A stretch of 64,000 bases of DNA, from assembly GCF_009914755.1 (NCBI RefSeq), contig NC_060927.1; one strand, 5' to 3'. A program made the position numbers and the translations under genes. The stretch comes from the human T2T-CHM13v2.0 reference genome, Homo sapiens. Positions 29,520 to 43,263 of this stretch are shown here, in pieces; position 1 is the first letter of the stretch, and each line of letters opens with the position of its first letter. The notes beneath the pieces are model-generated. The model had not been told where the DNA came from. It saw only the letters and a program-made list of their open reading frames with translations, and searched no databases.

Positions 29520-30330
29520 TTAAAAAATAGACAAGAGAAAAATGAAAATGTGAAAGATCTCTCTTGATCTTAATGGGAATACTTTTATTGTATTACCTTT
29601 GAGTCTGATCATGGCTGTTTGTTTAAGTTATTAATGCCTTTTTAGCATACTAATAGTTCAAAGGAAGAAAACATGATTCTCTCCGTAGATGTCAAAAAGA
29701 CATTTGATTTAACTTAAGCATTTTTGATAATTAAAAAAATCTCGTATTAAAATACAACTAGATATTTCAATAAATATAACAAATTATGTTAATAGATTTT
29801 TCTAATATTGAAGTGTTTACCTAATTGGTCACGGTGTATTACTATTTTAAAATGCGACTTGATTGTTACTGCTAATATTAGCTTTGAAAATAGATTGGTG
29901 GGTTTTTTTCTTATTGTATTGTCTTTTCAGATTTTAGTAGTATTAAAAAAATTGAGAAGCTGTTTTTACTCAGTTTTCGGCAACAATTTAAGGAGCATGG
30001 GAGTTACTTGGTCCTCAGGTTTCTTCTGTCTTGAAATCATTTGAGCCTGGTGCTTTTGGAGGATGTAATTCTTTGCAGCTTTCTTAAATTCTTCAATATA
30101 AGGGTTGATTTATTCTTATATTGAAGGGTTGATTTTCAAATTTGTCAGCATAGAGTTATATGCAGCATTTTAAAAAACTTTTGGTTGTGTGAAGTCTTTG
30201 TTTTCCTTAATTTTGTTTTATATATACTAATGTTTTATCCATTTTAATATTTTATTTCCAAAGAACTAATTATTTTGCTTTAAATAAGTTTTTCTAATTC
30301 AATTTCCTTTTATGATTATGAATTCCTTTC
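29520..30330 (-). mobile_element. Degraded old L1 (L1ME-like) fragments
   Basis: L1 ORF2-like motifs (CTTGATCTTAATGGGAAT; GAGCCTGGTGCTTTT). Confidence 0.5.
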
Positions 30331-30952
30331 TCTTTTGAAGGATTACTGATACCCAAATGTTTTTTCTCCTTCAAATATGTTACTTGAAAGGAAATGAAGT
30401 GAGAAGTGAAAACTGCTTGTTTGTGGTGTAGGCTTCCTACTTCTATAAAATTGCAACACTGAGATGTAATAGGTAGTTGCTTAAGTAGAAACTATTAAGA
30501 TTCCAGGATATGGCTGTGACTGACCAGTTGCCCCAGGCCATAGCTTTTCCTTCCTTTCCATATGGCTTTGTTGTAAGGGTATTTTGAAAGCATTGGTATG
30601 CAGTGTTTTTTTTTTTTAATAAAACTTTCCCATTTAGGATCTTTCAGCATCCTCAGCTGATGCTTTGCCAACTTAATTTATACTAACAACACACAAGATT
30701 GCTTGCATATAAATCATACTTTTCTACTTAGATATCTTAATAGTTCACAGTAAAATGAGTGGGTGGGTTTTAATAAAAATAACATTTTAGAATGTTTAAA
30801 AAGGTGAGAATATATAACTAAGCTATATTTAGTCACCATTAATCAACTAACACATTTCTATGTATTGAACTGTTTGTTTTGTGTTATATATATTTTCTTA
30901 TAAAATATCTTTTTGTTTAAAACTAAATTTAAGCACTTGTTTTCCTTTGTAG

Positions 30953-31028
30953 GTATAAGCGTGTCTTTTCAGTTGGAACTCATGCGATTACTACATATAA
31001 TCCCAATACCTTAGAAGTAACAAATCAG
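30953..31028 (+). CDS. DNAJC13: DNAJC13 exon 3 ([26 protein letters not shown])
   Basis: ttgtag| ... CAG|gtaatc; 76 nt, phase consistent. Confidence 0.96.
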
Positions 31029-31797
31029 GTAATCCTGTTAGAAGCTGTTAGGTGTTTGTATGAACTCCCTTTGAATTTTAAAAGCCAGGCTGTGACCATT
31101 ACCCTCCCTTAAATCAGTACTTGAAGATAGAAATGTCAAATCAGAAAGAGATTGATGTGCTTACATAATACTCTGATTTGGGGACCAAAAATAAATAATA
31201 AATAAACAGGAGGGGGAGAATATGCTTATTTCTAGGCTCTCAAGGGTATAACTTGATGTTACTATTAGTTGTGGCCACCTCCTTTATGTAAAATTAGTAA
31301 TTTAGTTCTCTATAATTTATAAAGGCTTATACTTTTTACTGTAACAAAAGCATATATAAGTCATGAGTCCAGTTAGTGTAAAATACTCGTCATGGGAGTA
31401 GGATTATGGGTTTATAAAGGCAAGAGTAACCTGAACATTTATAAGTAAACATATTCAAAGATATTCTGGCCTATTTTAATTCCAAATTAGGCATGTTTCA
31501 CAAACTTTTTAACAAATTTTTAAGTAGTCATAAAATTTCACTTCCCAGTTCTTATCACTTTTTAATTTTAATTTCTTTGGATTAATGTCATCATTAAAAT
31601 AGGAATACATATTGGATTTTTCTGACTAAAAACCTTTAAAAGAATTTTTTACAGAATTACTGTAAGACACAATTTCTAGACTCTATTTTATAAAATTTTG
31701 CTGATTTAATCAGTGATTATGAAATTAAAGTGACAAAAATAAGCATTACATTTTACTGTATTATAGTAGCACCAGTCAAAATTTTTTTTTTTTTAAG

Positions 31798-31947
31798 TGG
31801 CCTTATGGAGACATTTGCAGCATCAGCCCTGTTGGAAAAGGACAAGGAACGGAGTTCAACCTCACATTTCGTAAAGGCAGTGGAAAAAAGTCAGAAACTT
31901 TAAAATTTTCTACAGAGCACAGAACAGAACTTCTTACAGAAGCATTG
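31798..31947 (+). CDS. DNAJC13: DNAJC13 exon 4 (WPYGDICS...TELLTEAL)
   Basis: poly-T-aag| ... TTG|gtaaga; 150 nt. Confidence 0.96.
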
Positions 31948-32374
31948 GTAAGAAGATTCCATGTTCATAAATAAAATTTCTTTCTTCTCTTTTTAAAATG
32001 AAGTAGTTACATAGAAGTAGAGAAATTAATGTTCTCTGCCCCTGTACCCACTATGATTATTTTTTTCTTACTGACCTTTAACTTGACCCTGTGAAACGTT
32101 CACTTTTCTCTAACAGGCTGGAAAATCTTTTATATTTGCAAGTTTATTAGTTTTTTTTAATTGCATATGCAGGAGAAAGCATTGTATGTTTATCTTGTTC
32201 TTCAATAAGGTTTCATACTCTTTTTATTGAATATTCTTAAACTATAACTTGAATAACAGTTTTTAGTGTCCAGGTTACCAAGTCAGGATTTTACTTGCTT
32301 TGAGTAGAAGGGAGTGAGCCAAGTTTTCCTTACCAGTCTGTTGTCATAAACTGTGGTTATGTTTTCTCTTTCAG

Positions 32375-32416
32375 AGATTTAGAACTGATTTTTCAGAGGG
32401 AAAAATCACAGGAAGG
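32375..32416 (+). CDS. DNAJC13: DNAJC13 exon 5 (RFRTDFSEGKITGR)
   Basis: tttcag| ... AGG|gtaaat; 42 nt. Confidence 0.94.
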
Positions 32417-35123
32417 GTAAATATTTAACATTTATTATGTATTTTTATTTGTTCAAATGTTGCCCTTTATTGTAGAAATCATTTCATAATCTGTGTGTTC
32501 CATTTGTAGCAAAGCTAAAGGGAAAAGAAACAAAATTGTAATGTCTCCTGATATCATGTTATGTAGTTTAACAGGAAACTCAAATATGAACAGTTAGATT
32601 TAAGAATGTTGATACTGGTAGATGGGGGGAAAAAAAGGCAAAAAAACTTTTGGAGCATTAAAAGCAACACTATAAGCATTCAGGTAGTCCTTATGCAGTA
32701 TCCCAAACAGTAATACCAGAGAACGTCATACTGCTGATAGTGCATGTTGGAACATTCATTCATTGTTTGGTGTAGGAGTTTCTTATTTCAGAAATATTCA
32801 AGTTTTAAGATTTGAGCATACTGAAACTGTCTTCTTACATGTTCTTGGACTGGATCTGGCCTGTACTGAAGCTTGGCATGGTGCACTGACAGCTTTGGAG
32901 GAAGCTGTGGTGGCATATCAGAGTCGTCTTAACTTTCCCAGGCCTTTTCCAGTAATGTAACAGCAGCATTTAAACTAAATCAGAGACTTCTGGGAAAGAG
33001 GAACAGGAGTGTAACCTTTTTTCACTCTCTTGAGATATTAAATTTCTTCCCATTAGCAAGTATTACTTTTATAATGGAGAAAAATAATGCTTAAATTTAT
33101 AGCACTGTTCAGAACCCTAGCTTCTGGCAAAAGGCAGGAACTGAATTCTGATATGCGGGCAGCACCATTCTCCTGTCTGTCTTAAGCCCTCATTCATAGA
33201 ATATTTCTATGAATATTCTGCTACTTTTTTTAGCATCCCAGAAACCTCACTAATTTCAACTCTAGCAATTGGCTGGTTGCCCAGCAGCGTTTAAAAATAG
33301 TTTAATGGCAACTGGCGAGCTGCTTATTTCTTGTTCCTGATGAGCCATGGTCAAATTTTTATAAATCATAACTTGGTGTGCTTATTTTAATTATTCTATA
33401 TTGTCAGGTGACGTACCTCATCTGTTTGGGAAACAACTGCTTTCAAAAGCATACTTAGAATTTTTATATAAGCTGTCTTTTGTACCAGTTAACTTCAGCC
33501 ATTTAATACTTTTCAAAATCTTGTGGTAGAAACAGTACCTCTAGAAGATTGCCCAAAGGATAGTTTACCTGATTTTACATCAGGAGTAAGGGGCTCAAAG
33601 TGACACCTGTATTGTCCTAATAACAAGTTTAGATTCCACCCCAAATACTGTGCTGGCTAAACGGCACTCTTCTTGCCTAAGTTGAATTTGGCTCTAAGAC
33701 CTCCATTTGCCCTAGATATACTTCTAAATCAGGGTTTCTCAAAAGTCCTTCTTGGTTGGCCCCTGCAATCCTGAGGGATAATGATGCTTCCATCAGCACA
33801 TCTCATTAATGGCAGTTGTTTATGAGCTGGGAGGAATGGAGAATATCCTATATAGTGGTCTTGAGGCATGTAAACAAGTATAGTTTGGAAAGCTCCACAA
33901 TTTTTGTGCCCTGCCTTCTCCCATTCCTGCAGCAGAGGTGTGGCATTGACTGATCTTTTGGTTCAGAATCAAGGTTCTGTATTCTTGGATTAGTGCAGGC
34001 CCCTTTGTCTGTCTGCATAATTACTTTTATGGAACTATGTGTGTGTTCGATGCATAGATCAGTAATGTTGAGGAGACTTGATGTCCTGTGAAAGTCATTG
34101 CTGACTTCAGTGTTGGGATATTAGTGGAGGTGTTCATTACTTAGTGCTTCACTCTCTTTTCTGAAAACCTAGAAGATAATTTCTTATTTCAGTATCAGAA
34201 ATAGTTGTACTCCAGAGCAACCAATTGATTTTTACATTAAAAATTGTAATTGACCATGTATCCCACTTTATATTGATGGGTAGAAAACTGCGGTGTTTGG
34301 GTGGGGGAGAGGATACTCATTTCACATCTGAAACTTTGTTATCCTTATTTTCTCTTTGCTTCAGTTTTCTATTATTTTAAATTTATTTTCTTCTTCCGTA
34401 TCGCATCATTTTGCTTAGCAGCCTTGATTAAACCTTTTTTCTTTTTAAAGACTGAAACTGGATAGTAAATGGATATTGACTATTCTAATAATTTCTGACA
34501 CTCAGCTACTTTAATTTGTGAAGGAATATTATCTAAATGGAATTTTACTTGCTAATATGATCAAACATCTTGAAGATAACTTTCCAGTTGTGTGATTAGA
34601 AAAGCCTAAGGTCAAATACAGGCCTCAGCTTTTTTTTTTTGTATGTGGAAATAAAATATACATTAATATACTGAGGCGGTTCAGGTTGTTTAAATTGAAT
34701 ATTACAACTTCCCTGAAATGTGACTTAGCTCTTTTCATTATTGAACTTGGATTAAAAGAATCCATCAAAGAAAGTAGATCTTTTTTCCAGTAAAACTCTT
34801 TCAGAATACATTTCTATGTAGGATTTCCTCTTTTTTCTTTTTATAAATTTACATAGAGTGGCTTAAAATAGCTTCATAAAATATTGTAACCCAAACCCTT
34901 TGCTAATTAAAAAAGAATGTACTGTCTTCAGTTAGTGTGAACATTCTTAAACACCTCCAAATAGTTAAAATTAATCATAGTTTTAACAATTTGGATAGTA
35001 GCTCTAAATATTTACGATGACAGTTAGATTTTTGGTCGTTTCAATAGTGACTGTGATACATTAAATTTTATTTTATATGATTTTATTTTATGAACCTAAA
35101 AGTAATACTGATTCTGTCTTTAG

Positions 35124-35324
35124 AGATACAACTGCTATAAGCATCACTGGAGTGACTCAAGAAAACCTGTAATTTTGGAAGTAACTCCAGGAGGCTTTGA
35201 CCAAATTAATCCTGCAACCAACAGAGTACTCTGTTCCTATGACTATAGAAATATTGAAGGATTTGTAGATCTCTCAGATTATCAAGGAGGATTTTGTATA
35301 CTTTATGGAGGATTTAGTAGATTG
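35124..35324 (+). CDS. DNAJC13: DNAJC13 exon 6 (RYNCYKHHW...YGGFSRL)
   Basis: ctttag| ... TTG|gtaagt; 201 nt; overlaps ORF 35175-35369. Confidence 0.96.
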
Positions 35325-35657
35325 GTAAGTACTATTTTAAAAAAAAAAAACACTTTAAAAGGGTCATGACCATTTGAAGGAAAGCAAAGCTTTTTATACT
35401 TCATTTTGAAATTTCACGTGAGTCCTCTGGAAGGAAGTATAATAGTCCAGGTTTTGGTATCAAAGATACCTGAGCTTGAATCCCAGTTTGCTGCTTTCCA
35501 AAATGAGGAGAGTGAGGATCTGGTGAGATAATTTATGTAAAATGCTTTACACACAATGGATGGCTTAGTACGGTAAACAGTGACTACAGTTGTTATTTTC
35601 ATTGGTATTACTGTCTTACCAAAAAGTTTCTAAGCTTTCTTTGAAAAAGTAATTTAA

Positions 35658-35792
35658 GCCTGGCATGGCAGCTCACACCTATAATCCCAGCACTTAGGGA
35701 GGCAGAGTTAGGAGGATAGCTTGAGCCCAGGAGTTTGAGACCTGCCTGGCAACATAGTGAGACCTTGTTCTGCACAAAAAGGAAAAAAAAAT
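35658..35792 (+). mobile_element. FLAM monomer
   Basis: Alu left monomer with A tail; TSD AAAAGTAATTTAA. Confidence 0.85.
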
Positions 35793-37037
35793 GAAAAAAG
35801 TAATTTAAAATCACTTACTTTTTGAGAATCTTTCATCCTTTGCCTGGCTGTTTATAATCTGAAATCTGAGTATGCATTGAAACTTCAATTTGGAATTCAT
35901 TGCGTGTTTTTGTTCTGAAATTCAGAATTATATATAAGTAAATTATGGGGTATAACAGAAGCTACTTAAGGTGCTGAGAACCCTGTTAATCAGTAATAGA
36001 AGCTGAAGTATATATAACTATTTTTTTTTAAGATACATCCTGCCTTTCTGTCTCAAAGATGTGCGGTAGAGAAAGTCTCCAAATGGAGAGACTCATTTGA
36101 ACTTAATTGCAAAATTCCTTTCTCTTGAAAATTTTAATTCTTGTAGCTACCTTAGTGTTCCGGGAATGCTCCTTCAATTTTTAGTGTTTTGTAGATAAAA
36201 TATCGTTCTGTTGGTAGCAGAGCCAAAGCAAGCGTTGAACTTTTACATATATAAGATAGTAGATGTTAGCAAAAGGGAAATAAACAATGATGGGGGCTAG
36301 ATAATCTGATGTAGAAATATAGTTGGTTCTTCAGAGTTACAGGCCTTTTTCCATCTTAGATTTTACTCTTTCCCCACTTGATGGGTACCATCCTAGTTTC
36401 CCTCATCTAGGAACATACAGGTAAACCTCTGTGTGTTACCTCTGAGGCTTGACCCAAAAGATGAAGGCCCTTCTCCCAGCCCAAAGCCTGCTGTCTTAGT
36501 GCTATCCATAGACTGTCTCTTCCCTGGTCAGTGGTAATTTGGAATGTTTAACATCTTGTTGGTAAAGATACCTGATTACAAGAATATGGCCTGTCAGGCC
36601 TTAATAGGATAACTGTATCACAGTAATTCAACCAAGCCATAAAATGGAATAATAAGGTAAACGTTAAGGATGAAAATTGTTTCATACTCTTCTTATTGCC
36701 AACATTTTGTATTACTTGGGGGCAGCAAGAAGTTTTCATTTGAATTAATCCACTTTCTCACTGTAAGACACTAGCTAAAATGAATCAATTCACTATAAAT
36801 ATGGTACTATACCAGATTTATTCAACAAACCTTTATCTAATACCTTTTGCATCTATGGTGACTATAAAAAGCTGCTAGGAATAAAACCAGGTTCTTAAAC
36901 ACGATGTGATCCAGTGTTTCTCAGCAGGGGAGCTGTTGACATTCTGAGGAGGACAATTCTTTCTTGTGTGGGACACTCCTACTCTGCCCTTTACAGGACA
37001 TTGAGCATTTCTGGCCTCTAGACACCAAATGCAAGTT

Positions 37038-37266
37038 CAGGTTGAGCATACCAAATCTGGAAGTTCAAAATGTTCCAAAATCGGAAACTTTTTGAGTGCC
37101 AACATGATGCTTAAAGGAAATGCTTGTTGGGGCATTTCAGATTTGGGATTTTCAGATTTGGGATGCTCAACTGGTAAGTGTAATGAAAATATTCCAAATG
37201 CTGAAAAACTCTGAAGTCTGAAATAGTTCTGATCCCAAGCATTTCAAATAACAGATACTCATCCTG
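37038..37266. mobile_element. Tigger4a/MER46-like DNA transposon, preceded by MER20-like hAT fragment (~36912-37035)
   Basis: TIRs CAGGTTGAGCAT...ATACTCATCCTG. Confidence 0.75.
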
Positions 37267-37774
37267 TAGCCTGTTCCCTTACCTTTGTAAATAGAGCCCA
37301 GAAAGTTGGTTTGTAACATCGGTAGGCCAATGACTTGTAAACATTTAAACATTCTTCAGCATCATCTTGCAAAGAAGCCTACTGTGTAAAACAGATTAAA
37401 TCAGAGCTGCGTTGTTTGAAACTGGGAATCCTGCCCACACAGTACCCATCACCCCCAGTGGCTTGGCTGGGGTTCCTTGGAGGCCCTTCTTGGAAGACCC
37501 AGCATGCTGTTTTGCACAAGGTGATGAGAACCAGAACCTGAGAAATTTTGAGATAATTGCCGTTCAGTGAGTTAGTTGCAAAGCTCTGTATCCCAGACTT
37601 TATTATTTTAATTTAGTAATAGTCTTTTCATTGAAACAACTGCTTATTTGCCTCTAATACCTACCTCTTTTTTCTCTAGAATTGCTACTTTAATACCTTT
37701 CCTATGAGTTGATTAGCTACAGACACATTTCAGTTGTTTCAACTCTGACTTTTTAAATTTCTAAATTTGTGCAG

Positions 37775-37981
37775 CATTTATTTGCGTCAGAGCAAAGAGA
37801 AGAGATTATTAAAAGTGCAATAGACCATGCTGGTAACTACATAGGTATTTCATTGCGGATCAGGAAAGAGCCTTTAGAATTCGAGCAATATTTGAATCTT
37901 CGCTTTGGAAAATACAGCACTGATGAATCCATCACATCTTTAGCAGAGTTTGTAGTCCAAAAAATATCACCTAGACATTCG
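37775..37981 (+). CDS. DNAJC13: DNAJC13 exon 7 (HLFASEQ...KISPRHS)
   Basis: gtgcag| ... TCG|gtaaga; 207 nt; overlaps ORF 37769-37999. Confidence 0.96.
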
Positions 37982-38075
37982 GTAAGACCCATATGTTAAA
38001 AATGAAAATTTGTTCACCTGATTTTGACGTTTTAAAAAATAACTTCTTAATATGTCTCAATTTTATTTTTTGAAG

Positions 38076-38171
38076 GAGCCTGTTAAAAGAGTTCTAGCAC
38101 TTACAGAAACATGTTTAGTAGAACGTGATCCGGCAACCTATAATATTGCAACATTGAAGCCTTTAGGAGAA
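38076..38171 (+). CDS. DNAJC13: DNAJC13 exon 8 (EPVKRVL...LKPLGE)
   Basis: ttgaag| ... GAA|gtaagt; 96 nt. Confidence 0.95.
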
Positions 38172-38542
38172 GTAAGTTTCAGCATTGTTAGCTTAAATGA
38201 GATTTCTTTCTATTGATAAATTAGGATAATTTTCTTTCTATTTTAATGTTTACTCATGGCTAAAGAATATGGAATGGACAGAATCTGTATTTAACTCTTA
38301 ACATATTTATATTAATTGATCATAGAACAATGATTATTACAAAAGTTATTTTCCAAGTATATAAAGAATGGAACTTATTACTCAACTGAAAATTTGAGAT
38401 TTTAAAGTTTTAAACTCTTATATTGTAAACAAGTCACATCTTAAAATACTGACTTTTGTAAGCTAAGTGATGCATTTTATAATGAAATACTATAAAACTA
38501 TAAACTTTTTTTTGTTGAAGCTATTTTTTGTTTTTTCATTAG

Positions 38543-38634
38543 GTATTTGCGTTGGTCTGTGACTCAGAAAATCCACAACTTTTTACCATTGAATTTATAA
38601 AAGGGCAAGTACGGAAATATTCTTCAACAGAGAG
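38543..38634 (+). CDS. DNAJC13: DNAJC13 exon 9 (VFALVCD...YSSTE(R))
   Basis: cattag| ... GAG|gtattt; 92 nt. Confidence 0.95.
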
Positions 38635-38730
38635 GTATTTTTTTTTTTTTAAGTTTTTGAAATCCTAGTTGTGCAAGGCAAAGTGCTTGGTCAACAAGGA
38701 AAACCAAAGATATGTAGTCTAGAAATTTAA

Positions 38731-39150
<420 letters not shown>

Positions 39151-39419
39151 TAGTATGACCAATAGCTGTTTCTTGCCTTACAAAGCTTTCAGTCTAAGGT
39201 CAACAAGACTGAAATGTTAAGCAATGGTTATGTTTTTTTCCTGTCCTGAATTCAATGGAAAAGAACACCTTAAAAAAAAAAAGTATGGATGTTCTAATCA
39301 GAGGAAGGATCTTAACACTCTGTTTGTGAGATGCTTTATGTACGTTATCTTGCTTTGTCCTGACAGTAGCCGTAGGAAGAAGGTCCTCTTATTCCCAATA
39401 ACACTTACATGCAGAAAGT

Positions 39420-40470
39420 AAAGCAACTTCTTTGTGACCTGGGGTTAAGAAAAGATTTCCCAGATGTAATACCAAAAACAATCTAGAAAAGAAGAAAAAA
39501 AGGTTGTTAGTTAGACTTCATTAAAATTTAGAACTTTGACACCATTTAGAAAAAGAAAAGACAGATCGCAGGGAGAAAATCTTTGCAAAGCATATAGCTA
39601 ATAAAGGTTTTCTATCCAGAATATATACAGAACTCTTACAACTCAATACTGAAAAAAACCAAGCGACCCAATAGTAAATGGGCAAAAGATTGAAATAGAC
39701 ACCTCACTGGAAAAATATGAATGTTAATACATGAAAAGATCATGAATCTTTAGGAAATGAAAATGCAAACTACTACATATTCACTAACATGACTAACATC
39801 AAAAAGACTGCCAGTGGCAGGTGTTGGCGAGGATATGGAGAAAAGAACTCTCATACATTGCTGGTAAGAAGGTAAAATGATAAAACCAGTTTGAAAAACA
39901 GTTTGATAATTTCTTAAAAGATTAAACACATACTTATATGGTCTAGCAGTTCCACTTTTAGGTATCTATCCAAGAGAGATGAAAAGATGCCCACAGAGAG
40001 ACTTGCACATGAATGTTCGTAATATCATTACTCATAGCCAAAAACAGAAGCAATCCATATCTAGATCAGCCAGTGAATAAACAGACAAAATGTTGCCTGT
40101 TCATACAATGGAATACTACTCAGCAATAAAAAAGGACTGACCTAATACATGCAACAACTTGGATGAATCTCAAAAGCCTATGTATGATAAGTAAAATAAG
40201 CAAGACACCTAAGACTACATATTCTATAATTCTGTTTTTATGAAGTTTCTTTAAAAAGCAAAACTATAGAGATAGATCAGTGGTTTCCTGGGGCTGGGGA
40301 GTGTTCTTTTGCAAATGGGCACAAGGAAATTTTTTGGAGTGATGAAAATATATCAGAACTGATGATGATTATACAGTTGTATAAATTTATTAAAAATTAT
40401 CAAACTGTACGTTTTAATTGGATGACTTGTGATTTGTCAATTAGAACCGAGTAAAGCTGTTAAAAATAAT
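39420..40470 (+). mobile_element. L1M (L1MB/MC-like) ORF2 end and 3'UTR
   Basis: AAATGGGCAAAAGA; GGAATACTACTCAGCAATAAAAAAG; TAAAGCTGTTAAAA. Confidence 0.85.
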
Positions 40471-40711
40471 TTTAAAGGGAGAGAAAGAGAAATTAAAATT
40501 AGTGTTTAAGTAACTTGTACAAGGTCATGTAGCAGCACGGTGAAGAGCTAGTATTAGAGCTCTTCCTAAAGCCCCACTGTTTGTGTTTCCCATTGTAACT
40601 GTAGTGTGTCCCTGAGCAGATTACCTGCTAAAGGGCCTATGCTTCATGCTAGATCAAAATTCCCCTTAATCATCAATGCTAAAACCTTTTTTTACTTTTA
40701 ATCTTACTTAG

Positions 40712-40878
40712 AGATTCCTTATTAGCAAGTTTGCTGGATGGAGTAAGAGCCTCTGGTAATAGAGATGTTTGTGTAAAAATGACACCAACCCATAAAGGTC
40801 AGCGATGGGGGTTACTCAGCATGCCTGTTGATGAGGAAGTAGAGAGCCTTCACCTCAGGTTCTTAGCTACGCCTCCAA
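40712..40878 (+). CDS. DNAJC13: DNAJC13 exon 10 (DSLLASLL...FLATPP)
   Basis: acttag| ... CAA|gtaagt; 167 nt. Confidence 0.95.
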
Positions 40879-40977
40879 GTAAGTATTGATTTAAATGTAA
40901 TTACATTTCCACTCATCTACTTAATTTAAGAATTAGGAATTCGTATCTTCTTTTTGAACCTCTTAATCTCTTTACAG

Positions 40978-41057
40978 ATGGCAACTTTGCAGATGCTGTA
41001 TTCAGGTTCAATGCTAATATTTCATACAGTGGAGTCCTACATGCAGTAACACAAGAT
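40978..41057 (+). CDS. DNAJC13: DNAJC13 exon 11 (NGNFADAV...HAVTQD)
   Basis: ttacag| ... GAT|gtaagc; 80 nt. Confidence 0.95.
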
Positions 41058-41139
41058 GTAAGCTAAGTTTTATCATAATTGTTCATTGTTACTAACTTTT
41101 GGTATGGAAACTTTTTTGAAATACTCTTTCTTCACCTAG

Positions 41140-41309
41140 GGTCTCTTCTCAGAAAACAAAGAAAAACTGATCAATAATGCCATAACAGCATTACTGTCCC
41201 AAGAAGGGGATGTCGTTGCTTCAAATGCGGAACTTGAGAGTCAGTTCCAGGCTGTGAGGAGGCTTGTGGCATCCAAAGCTGGTTTCCTGGCTTTCACTCA
41301 GCTTCCAAA
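41140..41309 (+). CDS. DNAJC13: DNAJC13 exon 12 (GLFSENKE...AFTQLP(K))
   Basis: acctag| ... AAA|gtaagt; 170 nt. Confidence 0.95.
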
Positions 41310-41745
41310 GTAAGTTGTCTTCTGAAACTTAACTTCTCTTAGAGAATTTGAACTACTCAAAATGGCAAATAATGAACGATTCACCTCCTTTTCCTTGACT
41401 AAACCAGATACCTTTTATAGGGTGATATGGTACTTTATTCATGAGAAATGAAAAAGGAAGGTGAGGGCAGCAGAAGCGGAATATTGGTCCCATACTCACC
41501 AGTAATATAACTGACTCTTGAATTTGAATGGGAAATTACATGCCTTTTAGTTTTAGTTAACCCTAAAAAATATTTTCCCTCTCAAAGAAAAAACTATTAT
41601 GAAGACTGATAAATTTCAGAGGTGGAATTTAAAATACGTCATTGTTCCAGTAGTGCAATGGAAAGTTAATATGATCTATTTCAATAATATAACAATTTAA
41701 AATGTTCTGGTATTGCTAGTATATGCTTGTTTTTTGTTCCAAAAG

Positions 41746-41845
41746 GTTTCGCGAGCGTCTAGGGGTGAAGGTAGTAAAAGCACTCAAAAGAAGCAACAAC
41801 GGAATAATCCATGCAGCAGTTGATATGCTTTGTGCCCTTATGTGT
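41746..41845 (+). CDS. DNAJC13: DNAJC13 exon 13 (FRERLGVK...LCALMC)
   Basis: caaaag| ... TGT|gtaagt; 100 nt. Confidence 0.95.
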
Positions 41846-41984
41846 GTAAGTAGTAGTTTTCTTAAGGAAACTGGTTTTTCTTAAGTTGACTGGTGGTTTT
41901 GATTTCCACAGTCCCAGATTTTCATTGTACCAATAAGTTCTTCTTTCTGTTTCATAAATTGTTCTCATAGTTACTCAAACCTTT

Positions 41985-42720
41985 GTTTAGCATATCCTAA
42001 ATACCAGGCAATGTGCTGTGTGCCAGAAATTCAAAGATCTTAAGACAGAAGTTCTTTTCTTCCTCACTTTGTTGACAGTCTGGTAAGGTAGGCATATCTG
42101 TACAAGGTAAGGTAGTAGGGGCCATAGGATCTTGAAAAGCAGCACTTTATTTTTGTTTGGTGATGAGGGGAAGATGAAAGATTCTCACCCAGTCTTTCTG
42201 GAAGATGTTACATTTGATCTGAATCTTGAAGGACAGGCAGGAATTTTCTAGCTCTGGAAAGGCCTTCCTGGGTGGGGAATAGCGTATAAAAAGGCATGTT
42301 TGGAAAGCAACAAATAATTAAATATGGTTGGGTTATAAGGTATGGATGGGGGGTAATTAGGAGTTGCAGCTAGAGATGTATGCAGACAGTAATAAAAAAC
42401 CTTCTGTATCAGGAGGGAGGAGCTAGATTTTTATCTTTTTGTAAGGAACACCTGAAGGATTTTTTTTAGCAAGAGAGCAGTAATGTGATCAGGTTTGAGT
42501 TTTTAAAAACCCACACTGGTAGTATGTGGAGAATAGAAGTAAAATTAGAGGCAGGTAGACCAAATTGTCACGTAAGAAATGAGTTGCTGAGCTAGGGTAG
42601 TCACAGGGCTAAAGAAGCAGCACACCTGAAAGCTGTTTGCGCAGTAAAGATCTAACTTAGTGGCAGCTTGTACAGAGGGAGAAACAATTGTTTAGTACAG
42701 TTTTGAAGTTTCTGATTATC
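41985..42720 (-). mobile_element. L2 fragment
   Basis: CCAGGCAATGTGCTG...GAATCTTGAAGGA...GTGATCAGGTTTGAGTTTT. Confidence 0.65.
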
Positions 42721-42929
42721 TCAGTTTTGTGTGTAGTACCTGGGACTTTTCCTTATATAAAGTGTTTTAGGCAAGCTTAGTCGTACATAAACATAAGTAA
42801 ATACTTCTGTAAAACCTTGCATTCCCAAAAGCAAATTAATTTTATTTACTGTTCCAAACAAGTAGTGAGATAACTAGAACTTAACAATGATATGGAGAGT
42901 TGCTTTATTCGAACAAAAGATGTTCCTAT

Positions 42930-43136
42930 TACCCAGGAAATTCTAATGGTAGAGAGCTTTGTGTCAGGCTCCCCTATCAGGAAATTGCAAAGTTCTTAGG
43001 AGCTCTGTGTCAGGAACCAGGGTAAAAGACTGTTGCAACAAAAGATTCTGCTAGTGCCCCTGTCTGCAAGGGTTTTAGGTGCTCTATGTCAGGAGCCAAG
43101 GATGGAGACCAATGTATATATTTTTTAATATTTCAT
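42930..43136 (+). mobile_element. MER21-like LTR fragment (ERVL)
   Basis: Three copies of the AAGGGTTTTAGGAGCTCTGTGTCAGGA-like motif, ending AGACCAATGTATATATT. Confidence 0.65.
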
Positions 43137-43207
43137 GTATTCTCCCTGCTCAGAATTCTTTCCCTGCTTATTCATTAAGAGCTCAAGTCAGCTTTTAAAT
43201 GAAGCTT

Positions 43208-43263
43208 ACCAAATATACACACCTACTATGTACCCACAACAATTAAAATAAAATTTTAAAAAT
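43208..43263 (+). mobile_element. Extremely truncated L1 3' terminus
   Basis: ATATACACACCTACTATGTACCCACAA + A-rich tail; TSD AAATG(A/G)AGCTT. Confidence 0.7.

Noticed and set aside
38073-38078. NAGNAG tandem acceptor (AAG GAG) at exon 8
   Set aside because: Distal GAG acceptors are rarely used; no supporting evidence
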